DNA of 64,000 bases from Octopus sinensis. Taxonomy: Eukaryota. The notes under the pieces are model-generated. The model was not told the DNA's origin. It worked only from the letters and a program-made list of their open reading frames with translations, and searched no databases. The stretch is taken from the NCBI RefSeq assembly GCF_006345805.1, contig NC_042999.1, positions 63,302,001-63,366,000 of the forward strand, in the 5' to 3' direction. Below are positions 38,255 to 51,469 of the stretch, one piece after another. A program made the translations under genes and the position numbers. Positions within the stretch are counted from its first letter, which is position 1, and each line of letters opens with the position of its first letter.

Positions 38255-39530
38255 TGAGGGGTGTTCATTAAAGATTTCCCCTGACCCACCTCCCTAGGAA
38301 TGGGATAAACACAACTTGGCATAATTATTAGTCCTTCCCTACATAGCCACCACCAATAGTGACACACTTCTCCCATCACTTTATGCAGCTGTGAAGACCT
38401 CGTCTGTAGAAGTTGGTAGGTTGTGTCTGGAGCCAAGGCTTTACCTTGGAAATAAGTTCATCATCATCTGAAAAGCACTTCCTCTCCAAAAGAGACCTCA
38501 TGGTTGGAAAGAGGTGGAAGTCAGATGGTGCAAGGCTGGGAGAGTAAAGGGAATGAAGAAGGATTTCATGGCTGCAGGTGTCTACTTTCTTTTGGGCACA
38601 ATACACATTGTGAATTGTGGCGATGTCTTGGAGGAGGTGAACTCCTTTGGTTAGCATGGTGTCCCTCTCTGCTTTTATGGCATCCTGAAATTTCTGCAGC
38701 AGAGAAGCATAATATGCCCCATTAACTGTGGTACTCTTTGACAGAAAAATCCATCATCACTACTCTACACTGGTCCCAAAAGACTGTGAGCATCACTTTG
38801 CCTGTTGAGGGTTGGAGATGAGCCTTGTTTGGAGGTGGTGCGCTATCATGCTTCCATTGCTTTAGTGACAGGATTATAGCAATGAACCCATGTTTCATCC
38901 TGTGTGATAAGTCTGCCAAAAAAGTCCTCCTTGTTTTCTTGGCATATTGCCAAAAGAACCTGGGAGCAATTGACTCATTCCTGCTTCTGTAAAGGTGTGA
39001 GCATCTGGGGAATCCATCATGCAGACAACTTCCGCATGTGCAAATGGTCGTAAATGATTTTTTTCCACACTTATCTTCACTTCTTTGGTTAGTTGCCGAA
39101 TAGTTATGCAGCAATCCTCCAAAATGGCAGCTTCCACTCTATGGGTGGTGTCGTCATCAATGGCAGAATGTGGTTGTCTAGGAATAGGAGCAGTTTTCAC
39201 TGATATCCGATCACATTTGAACTGGTGATGCCAGTGCTTAATTATGTCGTATGATGGTGCATTGTCACCGTAAACTGTTTTCATCTCATCGAAAGTCTCT
39301 TTTGTTGTATGACCTTTCAAGTATAAGTACCTGATCACTGATCTGCATTCAACTGCCTCCATTATAATACGGTTGTCCACTTCAGCAGCTGTAAAAGGCA
39401 AATGAATACTAGAGGAAAGTTACAATTTACAATGGGACATGTAGAGACATGTATGATTATACCTGTATGAGTTTCATTTCCTGCAATAACCAGAAGTGGG
39501 TCAGGGTAAATCTTTAATGAATATCCAATG
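38255..39530 (-). mobile_element. Full-length but inactivated mariner (DD34D-type) transposon
   Basis: TA-flanked imperfect TIRs (TGAGGGGTGTTCATTAAAGATTT... / ...AAATCTTTAATGAATATCCAATG). HTH N-terminus MEAVECRSVIRYLYLKG, ITQDETWVH and YSPSLAPSDFHLF motifs broken by frameshifts and stops. Confidence 0.92.
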
Positions 39531-39629
39531 TATTGTTTAATGTCTCTCATTCCTCCTTTCTTATTATTGTATCTCTTCAAGCCCTTGTGGATAATGAAAA
39601 ATATCATCATTATTAATATTATTTGCCTG

Positions 39630-40330
39630 TTGTCAGGTGCTCACAGCTTTCTACCAGTTGGGCAATGGGATCAGTGGATGTTCCGCTTTAGCAATTTATA
39701 GAGGATTAGCAGCAGGGAAATGCAATCATGTTCTCAGGGAGACTCTGGGCATCAACAAAAACAAACTGGCTGGTCTGTTCCAGAAGACTTTCCAGTCCAG
39801 AATTATTATGGATAATTTCCAGATGTCCTTGTCCTGACAGTGCAACAGTGGGGCATTACCTGTTCTAGAGGCACAGATGTGCTGTTAGACAGGCTTGTCT
39901 GAGGTGCACGCAATGTGACAAAACCATTCTGTATACACTCGTTCAGTGTTCAGGCATTGCTGACTTGTGGGGTTTTGTAAAACAGCTGCCTTCACATGTG
40001 GAATGGATCCATCTATCGGCCAAGTCCATAATGATGATTGCCCTGCCACCCTCCTTTAATTGGGCAGGCAAGGCAACTTTCCTTTGCGTGGTGGCTGTGG
40101 TGAAAGAGGTTATCTGGTGGACAAGGCTGAGGTCTCATTGACTTCAAGTCTCACTTGTAAAAGAAATTGAGGTTGGAGAGAGAAGTACTGTCCTTGAGTG
40201 AGTTTATTGAAAGTTGGGTGAAAGTTGCAAAAATGGGAAGAGTGGATGGTACCTCTCTAAGTGTAAACCTGTGAATCAGAGAAAGGGAATTTGCCTTTGG
40301 TGTTCAGGGAGATCTTGGACAGTGGGGTTT
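39630..40330 (+). mobile_element. L1/Tx1-like LINE 3' remnant
   Basis: CLRCTQCDKTILYTLVQCSGIADLWGFVKQL resembles the decayed C-terminal CCHC knuckle of L1/Tx1 ORF2. Confidence 0.6.
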
Positions 40331-40901
40331 CTCAATTATCCTTGGAGGTCATCCTATATCAGGAGGACTATATTTCTAACATCTCCTCACTTATTTTTTT
40401 AACCTTTGTATACTATGTATATTTCCCTTCCTTTTCATTGTCTACCATGTATACTTACTCTTTTCTTTTATTTATTTATTTTATCATTTCATTACATGTA
40501 AATGCCCACACTTTATATCTGTCTTTGTATTGTCCTGCTCATGCTTTGCCCTGGTGGCAAATAAATTAAACCATCATCATCATCATCATCATCATCATCA
40601 TTGTTATTGTTATTATTATTTGACTTTGATTTTTAATCTAAAGCTGAGTGAAAGATTAAGACTTTTCTGAGTACTTTTCTTGTTAGCTGACATTCATTAC
40701 AAGATCTTGGTGAGAAATGTCTTTTTTAAACAAAAGCCTTGGCTACTACACAAAAAACACACACAAAAAATCAAATGAAAAGAAAAACGACAAGAATATT
40801 GTCAAGCAGGATGCAAATATAATGAAAAAACAAAATTAATAATAATGGCATTTCTGTGGTTTTTTGACACAAATACATGTCATTTTAATGACTTAACTTA
40901 A

Positions 40902-41121
40902 CCCTTTTGTTACCAACCTGGCGAAAACCGGTTCTGTCTCTGAGTACAAATGTCTTGTTTTCATAAGTTTGGAATTAAAATCTTCCACCAAACCTCAGCT
41001 AAAATTTATGTTCCCAGCACTAGCTTAATGATAACTAAGTTATTTTACTAAATTCTTTGTTATATTTAAAGTAATTGAAAGAAACACAGAGCATCTCAAA
41101 ATAAATACAGTAACGAAAGGG
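40902..41121. mobile_element. piggyBac-type MITE, second copy of the 34197 family
   Basis: TTAA|CCCTTTTGTTAC ... GTAACGAAAGGG|TTAA. Confidence 0.88.
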
Positions 41122-42807
41122 TTAAACCCTTGCAATAATGATCCTTTCTACTATAGGCACAAGGCTTGAAATTTATGTGATTACATCAACCCCAGTGCAC
41201 AACAAATGAAATGCTGCTAAGTATTTTGTTTGGCCTGCTAACAGTCTTGCCAGCTGACTACCTTAACACAATAAAAATGGCAAGAATATGCAGCCTTGCA
41301 TTCACACCATTGCAAATATTTTGTCCAATAAGGAAGTTTGAGTTGTAGATAAAGTTTAGTTTATAAGAGAAATAGGTGTAGTAGAAGTGTGGCACAAGGG
41401 AACCTATTTCCTTTTCCAAGGAAATTGTCCAAGAGGTAGTAAGGAGAAAGTTGACATTCCACTGTCTCATGAAGTGTAGTGGGCATTTTGTATGATCTGT
41501 AAAGGTGAATTGAAGGACGTTTTTGCCAATGTGTGGGCTGATATCCTGTACATCTGGTTAGGCAGGGTGTTTGATAGTATCTGCTTGGTTTTTGTGACCA
41601 AGAACAAGGCAAAATGGCAAGCAAAAAAAAAAAAAAAAAAAAAAGCAAACTAATTTTAGCATGTTAAAAATTTACTTTTCAAAGTTAATGTACAAACTTT
41701 CTTCTTTGAAGACATGTGAAATAAAAAAAAATCCCTTATTTGAAAAATAGGTAAAGATTAGCAACATAATGAACAGCCAGCTGCAAAACAATGCCTCAAT
41801 AATATGCATTCATTAAACCCATACTAGCATCGAAAAATAGCCATAAAATTGACAAAACAACATAAGGGGCAAACAAATGAATAAACTAAGGGGAAGATAA
41901 GTTTAATCTGTATTTGCAGGCTAAGATAAAGAATTATGAATATTTTTTTGTCCATTTTTCTATATTTATAATTCTTTCTTAATTGATCTGTGTTTTGTAG
42001 GCTATATATATGTTAATGTGGAGGCGCAGTGGCCCAGTGGTTAGGGCAGTGGACTCGCGGTTGGAGGATTGCGGTTTCGATTCCCAGACCGAGCGTTGTG
42101 TGTGTTTATTGAGTGAAAACACCTAAAGCTCCATGAGGTTCCGGCAGAGGGTGGTGGTGACCCCTGTTGTACTCTTTCGCCACAACTTTCTCTCACTCTC
42201 TCTTCTTGTTTCTTGAGTAACACTGCGATGGACTGGTGTCCCGTATAGCTGGGGGGACCACATATGCCACAGAAACCAGGAAACCGGTTATTGTTATCGT
42301 TATATATATGTTAATATTCAAACTGAGAGAGAAATTTTAAGTAATTAATTTTTTTTTTAACTGTGTGTACAGTAATATGTACATCACTCATTAACTTATT
42401 TACCAAAAATAACAGACAGAAAATAATTGACAAAGTGTGGAAATCCAATGAGTTGTTATATATATGAAATAAATAATGCATGGAATTCATGTAATTGCAA
42501 TAAATAGATTTTACACATTCCAATCATCTATAAGTCAAAACAAAAAACACAAAAACTTTCTCTATAAAAAACAAAATCAGATAAAATAATAAATGTGGCT
42601 ATTTATATACATATACACAAACATGCATACGTACATACATACATACACACATATGTGTGTATATATATATGTATATAAAATATATTAGGTTGGCAACTAA
42701 GTTCCCGCCGTTTTTTAAATTAAAATTTTTTTAAAGGTTTAATAAAAAATAACAACTAATTAATCAATAATGTATTCACTCTTGTTGTTTACAACTTCTT
42801 CCCAATG

Positions 42808-42862
<55 letters not shown>

Positions 42863-44449
42863 CATATATACGATGGGCTTCTTTCAGTTTCCATCTATCA
42901 AATCCACTCACAAGGCTTTGGTCGGCCCGAAGCTATAGTAGAAGACACTTACCCAAGGTGCCACGCAGTGGGACTGAACCCAGAACCATGTGGTTGGTAA
43001 GCAAGCTACTTTCCCATGTATATAGCTTATAAGCAACTATTTCTATTCTGTGTGAAGCCCTATAAAATTTATGAACATTAATATCCCAATTTATATACAA
43101 CCCAAATATCCATATGATGTCAATGAAATAAAACTGTTAAGTTCCCATCTCCTGACCCCTCTCTCTCTCTTTGTTATCCTCTTATCTATCACCCACTCTT
43201 TCACAACTGTACCATGCTGACTGTGTAATGGAGCATGGTATAAGATCTGTCTGTAATCAATTCTCACAACCATTACCCATTTTTATTGCCAGCCATCACT
43301 CTCTCTCTCTCTCTTTCTCCCTCATTTGTCTCTCTCTTGTCACCAATCAATAATATCCATCACTCAATCTCTCTTATCAATACTCATCTTTATAGCTATC
43401 CAGCACTCTTTCTTTCTTTCTCTCTCTCTCAATATTCCTCTTCTATTCCTGATTGCTGACATACACTCTCTTCCCTGTCACTCCCTCTCACTTCCAGCTC
43501 CTTGTCTCCTCCCTGTCACTTTCTCTTTCCCCATCACATCACTCATGCTGTTTTCTATTCAATCTTTTTACAACTCTTTTCCTTTACTCCATTCTTTAAA
43601 CCTTCTCAATACCTATTACTCTGATTTTTCCATCTCACACACACACACTCTCTCTCTCTCTCCCTCTTTTCTCTCTCTTTCTTTCTCCCCCCTCTCTCTC
43701 TCACTCATCACCTGTTTACCTTCTTTCTTCATCCTGTTCTTCCTTTTGTACCCTAGTTCTCTCTCTTCAACAATTCTCTCACATCCTGGTTCTCTTTCTT
43801 CTGTTTATCCTCTTGGTCATTTTGCCTTAAAAGAACAGAGAAAAAACAAGGTAGAGAGGACTCTTTAATCCTATCAAAAATAAGACAACATCTCTAGCAA
43901 ACTGTAAAGGAGTTTGAGCCTTTGAAATCATACCATAAGTGGCACAAGTAGGAAGTTTTGCACAGGCTGTGTAGAAGGGCAATAACTCTGAATAAGAACT
44001 GGCTCAAACCATAACCATTCATCAAACCCATGCTGGTATAGAAAGTAGATGTAAAATGATGATGCTGAAATATAGATTTCCTCTAATTTTGCATGTGTGT
44101 AATAATGAGAGGGAGAGATGAAATAAAGAAAAAAGAAGAAAGAACAAGAAAATTTTTATTACATACATAAGAATGTCTTTACATACATCTAAATATATTA
44201 GTGTTTGTGTGTGTGCATTTGTATTCTTTTACTTTTTTTATTTGTTTTAGTCATTTGACTGTGGCCATGCTGGAGCACTGCCTTTAGTCAAACAAATCGA
44301 TCCCAGGACTTATTCTTTGTAAGCCTAGTACTTATTTATTTGGTCTCTTTTGCTGAACCGCTAATTTACAGGTACGTAAACACACCAGCATCAGTTGTCA
44401 AGTGATATTGGGGAGACAAACACAGACACACAAGCATATAAATATGTGT

Positions 44450-44625
44450 ATGGCGATTTTTTTTTCTCTGTCTTCCCTTCTCTGAATCTTTCCTTCTCCT
44501 ATGTTTCCGACGAAGAGCTCCGCTCGAAACATTAAACCCTCCTTCTTTCCTGAGCGTCCAATAATATTATATTTGTTCCACGTCCTCGTGTTGTTGTGTT
44601 TTTTTGTGCTTTCTTGTTTGGATTA
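44450..44625 (+). mobile_element. Penelope-like terminal repeat fragment (type A) with hammerhead-like motif
   Basis: GTTT CCGACGA A GAGC TCC GCTC GAAA CATT AAAC at 44503-44537. Confidence 0.6.
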
Positions 44626-44662
44626 ACTTATATATATATATATACACACATACATATATATA

Positions 44663-44717
<55 letters not shown>

Positions 44718-44720
<3 letters not shown>

Positions 44721-44873
44721 TCTCGGAGTGGTTGGCGTTAGGAAGGGCATCCAGCTGTAGAAACACTGCCAGATCTGACTGGCCTGGTGCAGCCTTCGGG
44801 CTTGCCAGACCCCAGTTGAACCGTCCAACCCATGCTAGCATGGAAAGCGGACGTTAAACGATGATGATGATGA
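44718..44873 (+). mobile_element. Young RTE 3' tail inserted in (TA)n
   Basis: Nearly identical to the 3' part of 54540-54822. Confidence 0.85.
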
Positions 44874-44899
44874 TATATATATATATACACACATATATA

Positions 44900-45090
44900 T
44901 ATATATTTATTGATCACTAAATCCACAAGTTTTTCATTCTCTCTCTGTTTATTTCCTCATATTACTTTCTGTTGAAGAGTGTAGGGTCGAAATGTAAAAG
45001 ACATTCTCACTTTCCTGAGCATCAGACTAATACACCTGCTTGTTGCTCACCTGTCTTTGCCTTTTGATTTTCAGTAAATTTCAACTATAT
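44900..45090 (+). mobile_element. Penelope-like terminal repeat fragment (type B), diverged
   Basis: CTTT CTGTTGA A GAGT GTAG GGTC GAAA TGTA AAAG at 44965-45000. Confidence 0.55.
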
Positions 45091-45767
45091 TCATTCTCTT
45101 TACAACTCTCTTCCCTTACTCCATTCTCTAAATCTTCTCAATACCTATTACTCTGATTTTTCTATCACACACACATACAATGAACCTCCCACACTATCCC
45201 TTAAAATAGCAAACATTCCTTAGCTACACACAGACAGGTCCGTTATTCCTTTCCGATTCTTTGTAAATTCTTAAATATATCTTCTGTATCTATATAATAC
45301 CAAACAAACATGATTTTTATTGAACTCAAAATACCTAATGTAGTCCCGTTCTTGAATACTTTCTTGAGTAGTTTCTTGTAAACTGTTTTTAACATATTCT
45401 TATCATTATCAAAGTATGTATATATGTATTTTAATACTTTTGTGACAACCAGTACTTAACACAACAAAGCTTATAAAAAGCTTTACATTTTACTTTTGAC
45501 AATCTTTTTCTAAAAAAGTGAAACCGGCCAAGTCAATAAACATCTCTAAAAGGCCATTACATTTTCAAACCTTCTTTCATATCTATATATACGACAGGCT
45601 TCTTTCAGTTTATGTCTACCAAATCCACTTACAAGGCTTTAGTCGGCCTGAGGTTACAGTAGAAGACACTTGACCAAGGTGCCATACATTATATGTGTGT
45701 GCTTGTGGTAAGTGTATATATTTTGGCATCTCTTTTACTTGTTTCAGTCATTTGACTGTGGCCATGC

Positions 45768-45865
45768 AAGTTGATGCAGGTAGTTTATCCTGGCTCGCAC
45801 CCGATTTTTAGTTCATGTAATTGAAAAAACCACATTTTGTATGGGATGACCTAAATATATTACCT
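45768..45865 (-). mobile_element. 5' end fragment of the 61700-63406 mariner family
   Basis: Minus strand GGTCATCCCATACAAAATG...GATAAACTACCTGCATCAACTTGC matches 61702-61790. Confidence 0.7.
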
Positions 45866-46289
45866 CAGTAGCAGTAAGGAGTTGGCCATTCCTAGATCAT
45901 ATGAGTGTTACCTGTGATAGTATGACATCCTAGTCAAGGGTGGATTTACCTCTCATCAACTTCATAGACTTCTTCTCAAGAACTTTGTTGAAATTTAAGC
46001 TTAGAAAACATAATTTTGATCATTTTCGGATACTATAGATGAAATTGTTATTATATTAATTTACATATTTGACACGGTGAGTGTACTTTACTTTCTGTGT
46101 GTATGTTTACATGTGTGCAAGCTTGAATGTGTATGTTCATAATGTGCATGTATGTATTATGTGTTTATGTATGTAAACTTAAATGCATGAATGAAATATG
46201 CTGTGCGTGAGAAGACCTGGCAGGACAAGTGAGACCATAACCCGTGGCCTTTACCTGGGATGTAGCCAGTCCACTTATGCATACCTTTC

Positions 46290-46640
46290 CTTCTTTGGAC
46301 ACAAAACTCTGCTTGCAAAGACCTGTTGAGGCAAGTGAAATCGAAATCGATCAAAAAATCAATGGAAATTGTAGCTGTGATACCAGTGCCGGTGGCACGT
46401 AAAAAGCACCATCCGAACATGGCCGTTGCCAGCGCCACCTCAACTGGCTTCCGTGCCGGTGGCACATAAAAAGCACCCACTACACTCACGGAGTGGTTGG
46501 CATTAGGAAGGGCATCCAACTGTAGAAACACTGCCAGATCAGACTGGAGCCTGGTGCAGCCTCCTGGCTTCCCAGACCCCGGTCGAACCATCCAACCCAT
46601 GCTAGCATGGAAAACGGACGTTAAACAATGATGACGATGA
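46290..46640 (+). mobile_element. RTE 3' UTR/tail fragment
   Basis: Same order of segments as 49620-50145. Confidence 0.8.
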
Positions 46641-47229
46641 ATGTATGTTTACATGAATGTACTTGTATATATTTATATGTAAATGTGTATGTGTGATTTT
46701 TTTTTGTGTGTAAATATGTATGTATTTGCATATGCAGATATGTGGTTATGTTTTAATTCTTTGAATTTTTCCTATAAAGAAGATGGTTTCTTAGAAACAA
46801 AGCTTCATTGCTGGAATTTAGATGGCAACAAGTGTATAGTTGTTAATACCTAAATTCCAAATTACATTTTAAATCTATTAAACATATTGCATAGTTTCAC
46901 TGTTCTGTTTACAGACAAAATTTATAGAATTCCTGTTAGTCTTTTATTTTTCTTGAAAATCCAACTTTCAAAAATTATTACTTAAACATTTAATAATAAA
47001 CAAAGTTTGCCAATGATAACATGTACAAATGTGAAACTCAATAAAATTAAAGAAGTCGTTTTCAAAACAGCTGTTCATAAATGTTCTCTTTCTCATTCAT
47101 TTTAATGCTCATATCCACTGGGCAGCTGATCTACGTAACAATACATAAAACTGGTTTCTAATTTAGGTAACTAAATGGAGGCTGTTGCTTGATGCTTAGT
47201 TCCAGGTCAGCCCTGATTGAATATACCTA

Positions 47230-47575
47230 TGAGGGTTGGCTGAAAAGTTCATAGGCTGACCAAGATATTCTCATGGAATGTGATCAAATGAGGTTTATTT
47301 TTTTAAAAACAGTCTCCCTAATGTAGCAACCATGTCAGCATGGACGTCTTTAAGGGCTAATCTCTTTTTCTACAGATACTTGATAACACCATAATCCCAA
47401 ATTTTGTCCATTTTCAAGAGAAGTTGTTACTGGTTACTTTTAAAATCTTCTTTGAACAGTCAGCTATCAGTTTACCTGGAAAGAAACAATGCTGTTGTTA
47501 TTAAGTTATGCAAGATTTCACAGCGCTAGCATCACTCCTTCACAGTCAGCCTATGAACTTTTCAGCCCACCCTCG
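47230..47575. mobile_element. Mariner-derived MITE (346 bp), TA TSD
   Basis: TA|TGAGGGTTGGCTGAAAAGTTCATAGGCTGAC ... GTCAGCCTATGAACTTTTCAGCCCACCCTCG|TA. Confidence 0.88.
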
Positions 47576-48103
47576 TATTACTAAAGATGTTCCAGCTGCA
47601 GCCACCACAACTTTTATTTAGACGTAATGTACCCAGTATCACATTATGCAAAGATATAATAATAAAAAAATAAAATAAATGCACCCTTTTAAAGCCTAGC
47701 CAGGATCATGGGCCCGGTTTCCCGGTTTCAATGGCATATATGTTCCTCAGCTGGACGGGATGCCAGTCCCTTGCAGTGTTACTCATTTTTGCCAGCTGAG
47801 TTGACTGGAGCAACGTGAAATGAAGTGCTTTGCTCAAGAACACAACATGTTGCCCGGTCTAGGAATCGAAACCACAATCTTACGATCATGATGCTGACAC
47901 CCTAACCACTAAGCCACGTGCCTCAATATATGCAAGATATACTTCTCTTAAAACTGTAGATATGATCTGAGGGAGATTTGGCTGCTATTTTTAGCATGCT
48001 GAGTACTGCATAAAGACTCCTTTGTGGATGCATTTGTTGTCAGTTTTTATAGGAATGTTAACCAAAATTGGCGATCTGTATACATCTCCATAACATATAT
48101 ATA

Positions 48104-48143
<40 letters not shown>

Positions 48144-48505
48144 TATGCTGATATATATAATTATATACTGATATATATAAATATATACTGTTCAAAGCTT
48201 CCAAAACATAGTGTTAAAAAGCATATTTTTCTGTGTACTACTTATTTTTTAGAATATGCTGATGCACACATAAAGCTATATGTTAGTATTTATAGCTTTA
48301 TGTGGGCTTTGAGATATTCCAAAAATGAATTTGTTCATGTTCTCTTGAAAATTTATAAAATTCTTTTGAAGTCAACAATATTTTTCTTATTTTAACACAA
48401 TATATTTATAAAAGATGCGTTCTCAGTACGAATATCACAGATTAGAAGGCTTTCAACAGAACATATATGTTATATATAGTTTGTTCCTATATACACACAT
48501 ATATA

Positions 48506-48549
<44 letters not shown>

Positions 48550-48730
48550 TACTAAGGTATATATGCTGGCCACTGATAAACTTTTTAACAATTTTATCCG
48601 TTATCATTATATATATGTATGTGTGTGTATATATATTACACATACACACACACACATATATATAACAGATAAATTCTTCTATTTTACATAATATCGAGGT
48701 TTCTTTCATTCTTTTGTTGTCTTACCAATT

Positions 48731-48817
<87 letters not shown>

Positions 48818-49139
48818 ATATCTATCTATCTATCTATATATATATATATATATATCAGGAAAATAAGACAAGGTAGAAAATGCTTAAATAATTTTATCTT
48901 GAATATTTTAGTACTGATTTAAGTCCTTGCATCTTTTTCAACTTAGAATGAAGCATGAAAGACAAATTGTGGAAAAATTAAATGGTTCCAGGTTCAGTCC
49001 CATTGCATGGCACCGTGGGCAAGTGACTTCTACTATAGCCTCAGGCCAACCAAAGCCTTGTGAGTGGATTTCGTAGACAGAAACTGAAAGAAACTCGTCG
49101 TATATATATGTATATATATATATATGTATGTATATGGGC

Positions 49140-50145
49140 TGTGACTGCAGAGGACATGTGTAAGCTAGAAAGAAATGAAGCTAGCATGATCCGCTGGATG
49201 TGTAATGTCAGTGTGCATACACGACAGAATGTAAGTGCCCTGAGAGAAATGCTGGACATAAGAAGCATTGGATGTGGCATGCAAGGGAGACATCTGCGCT
49301 GGTATGGTCATGTACTACGGATGGATGAGGAGAGATGTGTGAAGAAGTGCCACTCCCAAACAATTGAAGGAATCTGGGGTAGAGGTAGACCCAGGAAGAC
49401 ATGGGATGAGGTGGTCAAGCATGACCTTCAAACGTTGGGTCTCACAGAGACAATGATGAAAGACCGAGACCTCTGGAGATATGCTGTGACTGCGAAGATC
49501 CAACAAATAATATAAGTCCATGGCTGTTTCCTGCACCAGCTTCACATAGAAGCCCCAGCCCTTCCAAAGTGCCTTGGATTGCCGGACGGCCTCCTGTACT
49601 TACCTTGAATCGTAGGGCGACCTGCTGTGCTTGAGGAGACCTATTGAGTCAAGTACATCAACATCAAAAAATCAAATGGAAATTGTAGTTATGATACCTG
49701 TGTCGGTGGCACGTAAAATGCACCATCCGTACGTGGCCAATGCCAGCACCGCTTTGACTGGCTTCTGTGCCAGTGGCATGTAAAAAGCACCAACAGGTCG
49801 TGGCTATTGGCAGCCTACCCTGGCACCTATGCTGGTAGCACGTAAAAAGCACCATCCGTACGTAGCCAATGCCAGCACCGCCTTGACTGGCTTCCGTGCC
49901 AGTGGCACGTAAAAAGCACCGATCGTAGCCGTTGCCAGCGTTCCCTGGCACCTGTGCCGGTGGCACATAAAAAGCACCCACTACTCTCACGGAGTGGTTG
50001 GTGTTAGGGAGGGCATCCAGCTGTAGAAACACTGCCAGATCAGACTGGAGCCTGGTGCAGCCCCCTGGCTTATCAGACCCTGGTCGAACCGTCCAACCCA
50101 TGCCAGCATGGAAAATGGACGTTAAACGATGATGATGATGATGTA
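49140..50145 (+). mobile_element. 5'-truncated RTE LINE: ORF end, 3' UTR with minisatellite, (GAT)n tail
   Basis: KLERNEASMIRWMCNV...LRWYGHVLRMDEERCVKK...RGRPRKTWDEVVKHDL followed by about 65-bp tandem units and the tail. Confidence 0.9.
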
Positions 50146-50709
50146 TGTGTGTATATGTTTGTGTGTCTGTCTGACCCATATAAACATGGGAAGATGTATG
50201 TTAAAATGACCATGACAATACCAACGACGACGATGATGATGATGATGATGATGACGATGGTGATGAAGATGGTGATCATAGTAGTGGTGGTGGTGCTGCT
50301 GCTGATGACGACGACGACAATGCTTTTAAAGTGAAATTCAGACTTGATCACTAGAGACAAAATGGAATTTAAAAAATTTTTTTTCTTCATTTTAAGATCT
50401 TGTATTTGTGCTTCCAGTTGATGTTGCATGAAGTCTCAAAGAATTTGTGGGCAATTTGAGTGACAAAGATGAACATTTGCTTGAAGCTTTCATAGACCAT
50501 TTTGAAACCACGCAAGTCGCTGCGAGTTCAAATTCTGTGATGATCAACTTTACCTTTCACCCTCTTAGGGGTGATAAAATAAAGTACCAATCAAGTACCA
50601 GGACTGGTGCTATTGATTGACCCTCCCCTTAAGCTAACCAAACCCTTTTGAGTTGATTTGGTTGGCAGAAAGAAGCCTGTTGTGTATGTATGTATGTATA
50701 TATATATTT

Positions 50710-50895
50710 GCTATGATAGATTGCTAGCCACTACACATTCTTTATTTTCTCTCCTTGTTTCTTTCTGTGTTCCTTTCTGTGGAAGAGCATAGGCTCGAAA
50801 CGTTAAAGACTTTTTCACTTCCCGAGTGTTATACTAATACATATGTTTGTTGTCTACACCACCTGTCTTCGTCTTTTTGTGAATTCTTCCCCTAT
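50710..50895 (+). mobile_element. Penelope-like terminal repeat fragment (type B) with hammerhead-like motif
   Basis: CTTT CTGTGGA A GAGC ATAG GCTC GAAA CGTT AAAG at 50773-50808. Confidence 0.65.
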
Positions 50896-51469
50896 GTATA
50901 TATTATCATCATCATCGTTTAACGTCCGTTCTCCATGCTAGCATGGGTTGGACGGTTCGACCGGGGATCTGGGAAGCCAGAAGGCTGCACCAGGCTCCAG
51001 TCTTATCTGGCAGTGTTTCTACAGCTGGATGCCCTTCCTAACGCCAACCACTCCGTGAGTGTAGTATATATATATATATATATCTATATATATATATATA
51101 ATTATTCATGAAGGAGCCATTCACTAGTTATAACCAAGGGACAGTGGGAAAACATCAACATGCCTGTGAGAATTCAGTATGCAACACAACTGGATGCACA
51201 ATATCCCACTCATAAAGAACAGTTACAGGAGGGTTCGAAACAATCATTGTACTAAATAAAGACTGCTGCCAAATCTATCTTCCATCAATTATTATTATCT
51301 CAACAAACACTGCGGAATTTCAGAAGTAGATCCAGTGGAAATATACTCCAACTGTGGATGACACCATGTAGCCCGAACAGGGAATGTGCTTTACTCAAAA
51401 CACTAACCAACATGTATCTATTAATCAAAAAAAAAATTACTTATATATATATTTATGTATAGGTAGTCA

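Noticed and set aside
49690-49980. CRISPR-like array of recurring AAAAGCACC...GTGGCACGT units (also 51470-51860, 57470-57630)
   Set aside because: The 'spacers' are homologous to each other, the array lies in an RTE LINE 3' UTR in a eukaryotic genome, and there are no cas genes: it is a minisatellite.
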